From: Bacillota bacterium
GTDB lineage: Bacteria; Bacillota; Sulfobacillia; Sulfobacillales; Sulfobacillaceae
Assembly: GCA_026627385.1 (NCBI GenBank)
Contig: JAPNUR010000005.1
Location: forward strand, 94,498 to 158,497
Reading direction: 5' to 3'
Length of the DNA: 64,000 bases
The stretch's first letter is position 1. Each line of letters starts with the position of its first letter. Positions 8,244 through 16,912 of the stretch are shown in pieces. The notes beneath the pieces are model-generated. The model did not search any database and was not told the origin of the DNA. It was given only the letters and a program-made list of their open reading frames with translations. The position numbers were made by a program, and so were the translations under genes.

Positions 8244-9359
8244 ATGAACCGGACAATGGTGATCACACGCCCACCGAATCCCGCGCAAGCGACCGCGCGG
8301 TTGGCGACCATGGGGCGTGTCCACGCGGCCGGCAACGCCATGGCGGAACCCGCGTTCCGCGAACGCACCGCGAATAAGAGCCCTCGCCCCAAACTAGGGT
8401 ATCAGGAGATGCGCCAGACATGCGGCCTGTCTGCGCAATGAACGGGGCGCGCGATCGGAAAAGTCGCCGAAGCCGACAAACGGGATCCGCAGTTCCAGCC
8501 GACGGTCCGCCCGCCCGGGGCCATCGTGGACGATTCCCGCATCCTTTCGTGGCAAGGGGTGGACCAGGTGTCGATCCTGACCCGGGACGGGCGCCCAGTC
8601 GTGCCGGTCGTCATGGAGGGGTACCATCGGGCGCGGAGGGAGCGCATCCGCGGTCAAGCCGGCCGGATCTACCGCGACGGGCAGTGCTACGTGGCCGTCG
8701 TGGTGGAGGTCCCCGAACCGCCTTTCCTGCAACCGAACGACGGGTTGGGCGTGGATCTCGGCCTGGTCCATCTCGCCGCCGACTCCGACGGCCAGACCCA
8801 CTCGGGCGGTCCAGTCCATGGCCTGCGCAAACGGCCTGCCCAGATCCGTCAACGGTTGCAGAAGAAGGGTATCCAGTCGGCTAAGCGGCTCCTCCAGAAG
8901 CGGCGACGCACGGCACACCGCTTTGCGGAGAATGAAAACCACCGGATTGCGAAACAGCTGGTGGCGAAAGCCCAAGGCACCGGGCGCGGGATTGCCCTCG
9001 AAGATTTGACGGGCATTCGCGACCGGATCACGGTTCAGAAGGCGCGGCGGCGCCGCCAGCACAGTGGGGCATTCCACCCATTGCGGCAGTGTCTTCAGTA
9101 CCAGGCAAAGTGGGCCGCGGTGCCTGTCGCTTTGGTGAATTCGCGCAACACGTCGCGGACGTGTCCCCACTGGGGACGGATTGACAAGCGGAATCGTCCG
9201 AATCAAGCCTCCTTCCGGTGCATCGGCTGGGGCTTCGCTGGGCCGGCCGACCCCATCGCTGCGGGTAACATTGCTCGCAGGGCGGCTGTCAACCCGCCGC
9301 ACGCGGGGCCTCTGCGGGAGGCACAGGCAAGCTCCGCCCCTTTAGGGCGGGGTTGTTGA
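8244..9359 (+). pseudogene. tnpB: TnpB (IS605 OrfB-type RNA-guided endonuclease) with an in-frame TGA at codon 66 and a degraded zinc finger
   Basis: ORFs 8244..8441 and 8526..9359 are in one frame and separated by a single TGA (8439..8441). The junction reads ..YQEMRQTCGLSAQ-*-TGRAIGKVAEADKRDPQFQPTVRPPGAIVDDSRILS, a typical contiguous TnpB block. RuvC motifs GVDLGLVHLA and IALEDLTGI and the ..PADPIAAGNI block are present. The zinc-finger positions read CPHW and CIGW, where CxxC is expected. Confidence 0.7.
9331..9353 (+). repeat. Putative right-end hairpin (within the expected omega-RNA/reRNA region) of the IS200/IS605-type element
   Basis: GCTCCGCCC-CTTTA-GGGCGGGGT. The core is 6 perfect bp (CCGCCC/GGGCGG), extendable by C-G and G-U pairs. 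It overlaps the last codons of tnpB, as is usual for this family. Confidence 0.4.
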
Positions 9360-9496
9360 CCGTAAAAACACGCAAAACTTCCGCGGCCAACACCAACGGC
9401 CATCCCAAATGGGGACAGGTTACTCATGATGCGAGCCAGAATACTGAAATTCGCGTAACCGATTCTTAGGATTCTTTCGCAAACCGAGTCATCTGC

Positions 9497-10813
9497 CTAT
9501 TGGCTGGCCCACACTTGGCCCAGGGTCTCAAACACGAAGTGGTGATGCGCCAAATCGCGAAATAGCAATGGCCATACGACGGGGGCGTCGAGCAGCACAA
9601 TCTGGTTGGGATGCGTTAATAAAGCGGACACGAGGGCTTTAGTGGTCAGCCGAGGAGTTCGGGCGGGAGTGATGATCGCGCTAGGATTCATGACAATCAA
9701 ATTGTCGCGGGTCGCTACCTGCGACACCAGGGCATTAGCGCGTTGCGTCATGACCAGGTAACCGGGGTCGGATCCCGCGGCCGAAGCCACCGCGCGCTTG
9801 GCCCAACTTAGTTCTTGGGATACTCCCCACGAAGGGAGTTCGTTAAGATTTGTCCCTGTGTACCCGTTCACAGCAATCTCATTGCCTAATGCCTTCAACC
9901 GGGCTATCAATCCAGGATGGGTCAGCGCCCAGGCTCCCGTCACACTAATGTCAACCACTTCCCATCGCGCCTTTTCGGCCTGAATCAGAGCCAAAAGCTC
10001 GGCATCGGTGGGATTCATGACCACCAAATCCGATACCGGATCGAGATTTGCCAATACCCCAGTAATCGGCGGCACGCCAGTGGCAGACGCGGTCGATGTG
10101 GGAGACTGACTATGGGACATCGGTTGCTGCGGTGATGATCGGGGGGGAGGGACTACCTTCGGCGGCACGGCTTTCCACACGATCGGTTGACCGACCTGCA
10201 CACGATTGGACGGACTCGGATTGGCGCGCTCGAATCCGGAGAGGGGCAAGCCCGCCGCCCAAGCAAGAAACGAGAGCGTGTCTCCGGGCTGGGCGCGGTA
10301 GGCCCAGTGGTGCTCTGCCGTCACCCGTACGGCGGTCGCATGGGCTAAGGTCAAGAGCATCGGCCCGCTGATGGTCGTGGAGGGTGTCATATTCAACTCT
10401 TCGGCGAATTGGTTCAGGCCATCCCGTAAACTCGGCGACTCTTCACTGCGATACGGTCCGCGATATAACCCTAATTGGTGCAAATCGCTTTCCATCGCCA
10501 GCACCAGGGGGCCCTCTAAACGATTATGGAACGGTCGCATGCGCGTTAACAGTTGCGCCAAGCGCGAGGACAAAGGTCCTCCGGATGGGCCGAAATCTGC
10601 CTCAAATGACGCGGCGGCGTTGATGGTCCGCGCATTCATCACACCGGTCACGGGACCGGCATCATAACCCAAGACCCCTAATTCAGCCTGTAGTTGCGCA
10701 ACGGAAAAGCCACAGGATCCATGCTGCCATTCGTGGCCGCCGCCGCTGGAAACCAACGCCAGCGATAACAATACGTGGACCCACGACGTAAAATTGCCCG
10801 CTGCCATGTGCAT
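9497..10813 (-). CDS. Secreted cell-wall-binding protein with a peptidoglycan-binding (PG_binding_1) domain, a LysM domain, a Pro/Ser linker and a NodB (polysaccharide deacetylase)-like C-terminal domain lacking the usual catalytic motifs
   Basis: The 476-aa ORF overlaps the upstream membrane-protein gene, so an internal start is preferred: MHMAAGNFTSWVHVLLSLALV (signal-like), with GGAGGG upstream. Domain evidence is LQAELGVLGYDAGPVTGVMNARTINAAASF (PG-binding), YRAQPGDTLSFLAWAAGLPLSGFERANP (LysM) and LIARLKALGNEIAVNGYTGTNL (NodB-like, with NGYTG where a His motif is normally found). Confidence 0.65.
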   Translation of the reverse strand: MHMAAGNFTSWVHVLLSLALVSSGGGHEWQHGSCGFSVAQLQAELGVLGYDAGPVTGVMNARTINAAASFEADFGPSGGPLSSRLAQLLTRMRPFHNRLEGPLVLAMESDLHQLGLYRGPYRSEESPSLRDGLNQFAEELNMTPSTTISGPMLLTLAHATAVRVTAEHHWAYRAQPGDTLSFLAWAAGLPLSGFERANPSPSNRVQVGQPIVWKAVPPKVVPPPRSSPQQPMSHSQSPTSTASATGVPPITGVLANLDPVSDLVVMNPTDAELLALIQAEKARWEVVDISVTGAWALTHPGLIARLKALGNEIAVNGYTGTNLNELPSWGVSQELSWAKRAVASAAGSDPGYLVMTQRANALVSQVATRDNLIVMNPSAIITPARTPRLTTKALVSALLTHPNQIVLLDAPVVWPLLFRDLAHHHFVFETLGQVWASQ

Positions 10814-10857
10814 CCCTCCACTGCCAGGATGCACCAAAATAGAAAATTTATTCCTTG

Positions 10858-11211
10858 CTAGCGGGTGTAGGCGCCCGTGGCCCCACCGACCAAACCGGCC
10901 ACCGCGGCCAACCCAAGGCCTAGCCACAAATGGTTCCCAGGGTTCGCATGAAGGGTCTCACCGACGACCGTCGCTACTAGATTTAACGTGATGGCGGCCA
11001 GCGCGCCGTGAAACCAGCCCGCGACCTCAGCCAACCGCCCCGCAGCCCATCCCGCCATAAAGGCGGTGAGCGCAGCTCCAGTCCAAATCAACACCGTTTC
11101 TACGCGGCTCGTCAATGCTAACTGATAATCCAAAATCGCCACCGCCAAGGCCAATACAAATGCCACACCGAGCCCAATTAAGGCCCCTTCGAGTACAGCT
11201 CGCACGCTCAC
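10858..11211 (-). CDS. Small integral membrane protein (3-4 TM; resembles the TIGR04086-type Firmicute membrane proteins)
   Basis: 117 aa, almost entirely hydrophobic helices rich in G/A/L. Confidence 0.5.
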   Translation of the reverse strand: MSVRAVLEGALIGLGVAFVLALAVAILDYQLALTSRVETVLIWTGAALTAFMAGWAAGRLAEVAGWFHGALAAITLNLVATVVGETLHANPGNHLWLGLGLAAVAGLVGGATGAYTR

Positions 11212-11286
11212 CGGGGCGTGCCTCCTTCCATGGTGGGCTTTCTTGGCACAAGATATGGTTGTCCGGCTGTAAACATGACTCCTTAA

Positions 11287-11323
11287 TCAAAAAGACAGGC
11301 CCCGGAAAGAGCTTTCCGGGGCC
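11287..11323 (-). terminator. Rho-independent terminator downstream of the SASP gene
   Basis: On the minus strand: GGCCCCGGAAAG-CU-CUUUCCGGGGCC followed by UGUCUUUUU. Confidence 0.6.
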
Positions 11324-11328
11324 GCCTT

Positions 11329-11538
11329 TTAGCCGTCCTCGCCAATTTGCTGTTCCGCCCGTTCTATCAGGCGCTTCACCATGGTGCCGCCGATTTTGCC
11401 CACCTCGCGGGTCGTCATATTCGCCCACCCCCGGGCGGCAATGTCGTCGTCCAATTCTAAATCCTCGGCAACCTCATACTTCAAGCGGTCCAGCCCGCGT
11501 TTGGCGGCAGGAAAGAGCGGGCGACGGTGATGAGCCAT
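11329..11538 (-). CDS. Small acid-soluble spore protein, alpha/beta type
   Basis: 69 aa. GLDRLKYEVAEDLEL...REVGKIGGTMVKRLIERAEQQIG parallels the SASP consensus ALDQMKYEIAQEFGV...[22 protein letters not shown]. Confidence 0.85.
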   Translation of the reverse strand: MAHHRRPLFPAAKRGLDRLKYEVAEDLELDDDIAARGWANMTTREVGKIGGTMVKRLIERAEQQIGEDG

Positions 11539-11576
11539 ACTCCCACCTCCCCCGGCCTAGGATGCCGCGCTCTAAT

Positions 11577-12350
11577 TTAAATATCCCTCAGCAAAGGCGG
11601 CACCGCCACATCGGTCAAGGTTGCCAGGGTTTTCTGGTCTGTTAAGTGCATGTGCAGGGGAGTTAGAGTAATGGCCCCCTGGTGATGGTGAAAGACGTCC
11701 GTATCCTCTTCTTCCAAAGCATCCACCCGTTCCCCAGCAATCCAGAAGTACTCGCGACCTCGGGGATCGCGCGCCCGTTGAAAATCGTTGACGTACTCCC
11801 GCCGGCCAAGGCGAACAGCCCGCATGGCACGCGGCACGCCTCGGCGCAAGCTCGGAAAGTTCACATTATAGACCACCCCGGGGGGCGGCGGCGCAAACTG
11901 AGGCTGGGTAATCCACCAGCGAACAAACCGCGCCGCCCATTCGAACCCGCCTTGGTCGTCATCCTCCAAGGACAACGCAATGGCCGGCACCCCCAAAAAC
12001 ATGGCTTCCATGGCCGCCGATACCGTGCCCGAATAAAAGACATCCTGGCCTAAGTTGCTGCCGTGGTTGATGCCCGACAGCATGAGATCGGGTGGCGACG
12101 GCAAGAGCGCCCCTAACGCTAACTTCACGCAGTCGGCCGGAGTGCCGCTCACGCGCCAGCCATGACTCGCGGGACCATATCGCACCGCGTGGGCGTACAA
12201 GGGTTTATGCATGGTAATGGCATGACCCGTGGCACTCCGTTGCCGTTCGGGCGCCACTACCGATACCTCCGCTACGGATTCCAGATAACGGCGCAACGTT
12301 TGGATGCCGCGTGCCTGAATGCCGTCATCATTGCTAATGAGAATATGCAT
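11577..12350 (-). CDS. surE: 5'/3'-nucleotidase SurE
   Basis: An internal start giving MHILISNDDGIQARGIQ is the canonical SurE N-terminus (with DDG metal ligands). Also contains GINHGSNLG and YSGTVSAAME. Confidence 0.9.
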   Translation of the reverse strand: MHILISNDDGIQARGIQTLRRYLESVAEVSVVAPERQRSATGHAITMHKPLYAHAVRYGPASHGWRVSGTPADCVKLALGALLPSPPDLMLSGINHGSNLGQDVFYSGTVSAAMEAMFLGVPAIALSLEDDDQGGFEWAARFVRWWITQPQFAPPPPGVVYNVNFPSLRRGVPRAMRAVRLGRREYVNDFQRARDPRGREYFWIAGERVDALEEEDTDVFHHHQGAITLTPLHMHLTDQKTLATLTDVAVPPLLRDI

Positions 12351-15024
12351 GTGCGGACCCCCAAAATTCCTCGATAACCCGGACAATCTCCGCCGCCGGC
12401 ACCGTAACGGCAGGGACATCCGGCAACGATTCGAGAAAAAACCGCCCATAGCGCGAGTGCTCCGGCCGAATGCGCGGGTCAAAGACGATCACAATGCCCC
12501 GGTCCCGATTGGTGCGAATAAGCCGACCGAACCCTTGCTGAAACCGTAAGACCGCTTCGGGAATACTTCGGTGGTAAAAGGGCGACAGGCCAGCCCGGCG
12601 TAACCGCTCACATTTCGCTTCCTCCAAAGGATCGCCTGGGGCGCGAAAGGGCAGCCGCCCCATAATCACAATCTCCAGGTCGTCCCCCGGAAGATCCACA
12701 CCTTCCCAATACGTCAGAGTGCCAATCAACACCGAGGTGGGATGGCGGCGGAATTCCGTCACCAGACGCCGGGCAGATCCATCGACATTTTGTGCCAAGG
12801 TGCGAATACCTGCCTCCTGTAGTGGTTCCCGGATTCGCCAAGCTAAACGCTCGACCGCCCGGTACGAAGTCAAGAGCACCAACGTGCGGCCGCCCCGCGC
12901 CACGGCCGCGTCTCGAACCACGTGCGCGAGTACATCATTATAACGCGGATCATCAGGATGAGGAACGTCTTGAGGAATCACCAGGCGCGCTTGTTCGGAC
13001 CAGTTAAACGGCGAGGACACGAGGAGATCCATCCGCCGCTCTGGGCTCACTCCCAGCCGCTCCGCCATATAATCAAACCGCCCGTGTACCGCTAACGTGG
13101 CTGATGTCAGCACCGCACTATCGATGGTTGACCAGAGCTGGCGTCGCATAAAGTCGCGAATATCCACCGGTGCCCAACGCCACCGCACCACCGGCAGGCC
13201 CTGGCGGTCCGTCAAGACCTCCCACCACGACACGCGCTCCTCGCTGTCCTGGCCCCAGAGTTGGAGACCATCGCTCACCTGCGTCAATTCTTCCAGCCAT
13301 TGCCGGAACTTTAACCAGCGGGGTTCATCCGCCACTTGACGAATCGAAGCCTTGTCAAGACATTCCGTTGCCGCCCTGACCAGATCCGTCAACACACCCA
13401 GCGTGGCCTCTCTCAGGTCCTGGACCCCGGCGTCCTCGAACACATCGGTAAGTGAAGGGGTCACCCGCACCGCACGGCGGTCGTATTCGCTGGCCGGCGT
13501 AACCGCCACCAGCGCCTCCGCCCAGCGGGTCAGGGACTCATGGGCTTGATGGTAATAGTCGCGGACCGCTTCCCACAGCTCGCCCTCGTCGAAATCCTGA
13601 CGGATTTTGGACAACACGCCATATCGCGGATGCGTCGCCTCGCGAAGGCGCCTCCCCCAGTGTTCCAGATCCAGGGAAAATCCCAGCATTTCTTCCACGA
13701 CGTCAGCCCAATGATGCGCTTCGTCGACAATCAAATGGCTAAACGAAGGCAATACGCCTCCAAATATGTGATGCGCCGCTAACAACGCGTGGTTTACCAC
13801 CACCAGGTGACTCGATTCCGCCGCGTGGTGCGCCCTCCGCATAAAACAGGGGCCCGAATACGGACAGCGGGCGCCCGCACACGAATGTCGATCAGCCACC
13901 ACCTCTTGTGCAACCGCCCACGCCGCTTCGTCCGTCATCGCCATGTGGTCCAGATCACCCGCGTCGGTCTCTTCAAGAAAGGTTAACAAGGTCGCAATGG
14001 CCCCGCGCCGCTGGGGGGTATCCGCTAACACCGCGCTGCTTTGGACCAATTCGGCTACCTTGTAGAGACACACATAGCGTCCCCGTCCCTTGACTAACGC
14101 CATTTCCAGCGGCCAATCTCCCCGCGCTTGGGGCAAGTCTTTTTCCCACAACTGTTCTTGCAGGGCCACGGTATGCGTGGCCACCACCACCCGCTCGCCC
14201 GTGGTCATGGCCTTTAAGAGGCTAGGAATCAGGTAGGCAAAGCTCTTCCCCGTCCCTGTACCCGCCTGTGCAAAGAGAATGCGCCCACTGTTGAGCGCCG
14301 TGTCCACCGCCTGTAACATGGCATCTTGCCCCGGCCGCCGTTCAAATGGAATGGCCTGCGCTTGACCTATCCGATCCAGCCGCTCGGCCGGCCCCTCTGT
14401 TGTCGGCGATATGGCCAGCGGTTCAGCTTGGAAAACATCCGGTTCGGGCCGGTATAAGGGAGATATCCGGTGACCGGCATGCTCCTCTGGCACGTCCCAC
14501 CAGTCCCATTCGGGTCCTAAAAACCGGGCTAAGTCCTGCTTGAGACTCGTGGACATGGCCGCACACCGTTCATAGATGATCTTGAGTAAGCGTTCGGTGA
14601 GCTCCACATCGCGTCGGGCATCGTGCAGCGTCTCCACGGCGTCGGGAAACCAATCGGCCAATCCATGCTGAGTGCGCAAAGGAAAGGCCAAACGGCTCCA
14701 CCAGAGGGTGTCTAGGGGATTGAGCAACCGAATTCCCTCTGTCCTTAAAAAAGCGGCGTCAAATCCGATATTGTGCCCGACCACCCGCGCGTCTCGGATC
14801 CAGTCTAGGATAGTTTGGCGCAGGGCCGAAAAAGGCGGATCCTGGGCAAAATCCCTATCGCCCACTTTGGTTAATTGGCGCACCGTCTCCGGAATCGAAC
14901 GTCCAGGGTTGACAAACGACGACCAGGCGGTGCCGTCAGACCGCCGTAAGGCGATTTGAATGATGCGATCCTTTTGGGGATCAAGCCCGGTGGTTTCAAC
15001 GTCAATCACCACATATGGGCCCAT
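12334..15024 (-). CDS. dinG: Bifunctional DnaQ-like 3'-5' exonuclease / DinG-family ATP-dependent helicase
   Basis: 896 aa. The N-terminal Exo I motif is VVIDVETTGLDP. Walker A is AGTGTGKS. The DEAH box is LIVDEAHHW. The C-terminal helicase motifs include FWEGVDLPG. Confidence 0.9.
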   Translation of the reverse strand: MGPYVVIDVETTGLDPQKDRIIQIALRRSDGTAWSSFVNPGRSIPETVRQLTKVGDRDFAQDPPFSALRQTILDWIRDARVVGHNIGFDAAFLRTEGIRLLNPLDTLWWSRLAFPLRTQHGLADWFPDAVETLHDARRDVELTERLLKIIYERCAAMSTSLKQDLARFLGPEWDWWDVPEEHAGHRISPLYRPEPDVFQAEPLAISPTTEGPAERLDRIGQAQAIPFERRPGQDAMLQAVDTALNSGRILFAQAGTGTGKSFAYLIPSLLKAMTTGERVVVATHTVALQEQLWEKDLPQARGDWPLEMALVKGRGRYVCLYKVAELVQSSAVLADTPQRRGAIATLLTFLEETDAGDLDHMAMTDEAAWAVAQEVVADRHSCAGARCPYSGPCFMRRAHHAAESSHLVVVNHALLAAHHIFGGVLPSFSHLIVDEAHHWADVVEEMLGFSLDLEHWGRRLREATHPRYGVLSKIRQDFDEGELWEAVRDYYHQAHESLTRWAEALVAVTPASEYDRRAVRVTPSLTDVFEDAGVQDLREATLGVLTDLVRAATECLDKASIRQVADEPRWLKFRQWLEELTQVSDGLQLWGQDSEERVSWWEVLTDRQGLPVVRWRWAPVDIRDFMRRQLWSTIDSAVLTSATLAVHGRFDYMAERLGVSPERRMDLLVSSPFNWSEQARLVIPQDVPHPDDPRYNDVLAHVVRDAAVARGGRTLVLLTSYRAVERLAWRIREPLQEAGIRTLAQNVDGSARRLVTEFRRHPTSVLIGTLTYWEGVDLPGDDLEIVIMGRLPFRAPGDPLEEAKCERLRRAGLSPFYHRSIPEAVLRFQQGFGRLIRTNRDRGIVIVFDPRIRPEHSRYGRFFLESLPDVPAVTVPAAEIVRVIEEFWGSAHAYSH

Positions 15025-15106
15025 CCGCGTCCCCCCTTTTCCGGCGACCCTCCCACGACATAATCCCTGGGGTCTCTGGGTAGGCTAACCACAGTTTAGC
15101 GAAAGG

Positions 15107-15448
15107 ATGGCTGTGATGCCGGAAAAAAATCTTCTTGCCTCATTTGCGACGCTGAGCGCCGCGCAGCAGTGCCAACAAGCGCTCAGGGACCGCGGCTTTG
15201 ACGTTGTACAGGTCGACCACCTCACCGCCCCGGGAGGCGACACGCTGCCTCACATGCCTCTCGTGGAATGGGGACGCTATGGCTACCAGACCGATCGCCT
15301 CGACGACAAATGGACGTCTGCCGCGGCATGGAACGATGGCGCCGATGGTCTCTTAACCGGAGCCAGTTGGCTTTTGACCGCAGTGGTTCCCGCAGCCGAT
15401 GCGGAGACAGCTGCCCAGATTATCAAACAGCATGGAGGCAACCTTTAG
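15107..15448 (+). CDS. Hypothetical protein
   Basis: 113-aa ORF in otherwise unoccupied space with protein-like composition. No motif recognised. Confidence 0.4.
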   Translation: MAVMPEKNLLASFATLSAAQQCQQALRDRGFDVVQVDHLTAPGGDTLPHMPLVEWGRYGYQTDRLDDKWTSAAAWNDGADGLLTGASWLLTAVVPAADAETAAQIIKQHGGNL

Positions 15449-16482
15449 CGCATGTAAATCGGGTTGCTGTAAATCCAGGCCGCACGCTTTGGCCCACGCC
15501 GCAACACCACTCGCCACACGCCAGGGGCGGTGATGGGCCACTGAAAGAGTGTGCCCGTCTCTGATGCCCGCTGTTGCCCCTGGTGATAGAGATCCCAAAG
15601 AACCGGTACTGGCGCGAGACCGCACAATTTCCAACCGGGGCTGTAGCAAATTTCACTGCCCATGGGCTCGATGCGGTCTCCATGACGTTCGGCCCACAGC
15701 CGAAACCCGAGCTCACGCCCCACATGGGCGTTGACCACGCTCACCCGACCCGCCTTGAGTGCGTCCAGCAATAAGGATTCAGCCGCATGCCAGTCGTGCG
15801 GCAACGGTTCGGCCGTGTACAAGTGCGTGCGAATCCCAGTAAACGAGACGACATAAGGGAAGATGCGCAAACCCGCCACCCGCGCCTGGTGCGCATCCGT
15901 GCCGCCAATCCCCACCACCCGGCGCCGTCGGCCCCAGTCGTCCCAGAGTTTCATGGCATCCTGGCTTCCTTCGTCTAGTCCGCGGTAAGGATGCCACACT
16001 GCCCAAAGCCCCCGACCGAGGCTCGTAATTTGGCGCGACCAGTCCGATAAGTGATTCACAATTTCAAATCCGGTAAACCCATCGACATCGCGGTCAGTCC
16101 AACGATACGAAGGCAAGCGCGCAACAACATTCCCCCGGTCTTCCGGATGGGCAATAAATCCTGCCGCACCATGCGCCGCCACCTGGCGGATGATGTTCGC
16201 CAACGGTGTGCTGGCGTTAATGGCCGGAACCTCGCCAAACGCGAGATAATGATTCGTGGGCGGGGTAATCTCCATGCCCACCAGACACAGCACGTGCCCG
16301 TAGTATCCAGGGCCAGGCTCCCGCGCCGCTTGCCGGGTATCGTGGTCGGTCAGCCATAATACATCCACCCCCGCTTGCTGCGCAGCATCGATAATCTCTC
16401 GCACAGTGCCAGTCCCGTCGGAATACCGCGAATGCACGTGCAGCACCGCCCGATATTCGTGCCATTGCAATGGATCAATCAC
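15445..16482 (-). CDS. PHP-domain (CehA/McbA-like) metal-dependent phosphoesterase
   Basis: LHVHSRYSDGTGTVREIIDAAQQAGVDVLWLTDHD is a PHP motif. A GTG start at 16482, 4 nt after the upstream gene's stop, is preferred over the longer ORF, which would overlap by 74 nt. Confidence 0.7.
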   Translation of the reverse strand: MIDPLQWHEYRAVLHVHSRYSDGTGTVREIIDAAQQAGVDVLWLTDHDTRQAAREPGPGYYGHVLCLVGMEITPPTNHYLAFGEVPAINASTPLANIIRQVAAHGAAGFIAHPEDRGNVVARLPSYRWTDRDVDGFTGFEIVNHLSDWSRQITSLGRGLWAVWHPYRGLDEGSQDAMKLWDDWGRRRRVVGIGGTDAHQARVAGLRIFPYVVSFTGIRTHLYTAEPLPHDWHAAESLLLDALKAGRVSVVNAHVGRELGFRLWAERHGDRIEPMGSEICYSPGWKLCGLAPVPVLWDLYHQGQQRASETGTLFQWPITAPGVWRVVLRRGPKRAAWIYSNPIYMR

Positions 16483-16486
16483 GGCG

Positions 16487-16912
16487 CTACTCGCGTCCTT
16501 GGCGGTCGCGCGGCGGCATAAAACGCCCCTCAGCGCGCACCAGCACATCCCCTCGACCATTGGCGACAGTCGCCTCAGCCACCATGAGACGAGGCCGATA
16601 GGAACGAAGATGTCCTTCGATGATCAAAGGCTCCCCAATGGGCACCGGCGCCAGGTATCGCACCGTCAGCTCCGCCGTCATGGGAAAGGCATTGTCTTGC
16701 TGGTGAATGACATGCCACATGGCGTCGTCCACCAAGCCGGCTAGAATGCCGCCATGCACAACCCCGCGAAATCCCTGATAGGGCGGCGCAATCACCGTCT
16801 CGGCACGCACGCCGCTCGCGTCACCGCTAAACCGCACCTGAAGTCCGGACCCGCCAGACCCACAAACAAAGCACACGTTATCTGGCCAATCAAAGGCTGC
16901 CAATCCTGTCAC
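16487..16912 (-). CDS. PaaI-family hotdog-fold thioesterase
   Basis: 141 aa. GVVHGGILAGLVDDAMW is characteristic of PaaI/4HBT thioesterases. Confidence 0.8.
   Translation of the reverse strand: MTGLAAFDWPDNVCFVCGSGGSGLQVRFSGDASGVRAETVIAPPYQGFRGVVHGGILAGLVDDAMWHVIHQQDNAFPMTAELTVRYLAPVPIGEPLIIEGHLRSYRPRLMVAEATVANGRGDVLVRAEGRFMPPRDRQGRE

Larger units (their letters stand above)
8159..9353 (+). mobile_element. TnpB-only IS200/IS605-family (IS1341-like) element, apparently decayed. The extent is given hairpin to hairpin; the true ends are unknown.
   Basis: A tnpB-type ORF is flanked by two similar imperfect hairpins that share a GGGC(A/G)GGG arm. No tnpA (Y1 transposase) is present. Confidence 0.5.

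Noticed and set aside
7980-8324. 114-aa minus-strand ORF (..RFLPALKDGASALG..) as a gene or a second TnpB C-terminus
   Set aside because: It overlaps the N-terminus of the plus-strand tnpB. Its only 'motif' is the translation of the left-end hairpin. No RuvC or zinc-finger blocks lie upstream of it.
8439-8441. In-frame TGA inside tnpB as a possible third selenocysteine codon
   Set aside because: The position is not a Cys or redox position in the TnpB family (..GLSAQ-x-..RAI.KV..). No SECIS-like hairpin occurs at the right distance. The gene shows other decay (zinc-finger Cys lost). A plain nonsense mutation is the simpler reading.
8394-9302. 302-aa minus-strand ORF, the longest ORF in the IS region
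   Set aside because: It is exactly antisense to the TnpB coding frame. Its composition is Arg/Pro/Gly-rich and low in complexity, with no motifs. This is a typical shadow ORF of GC-rich coding DNA.
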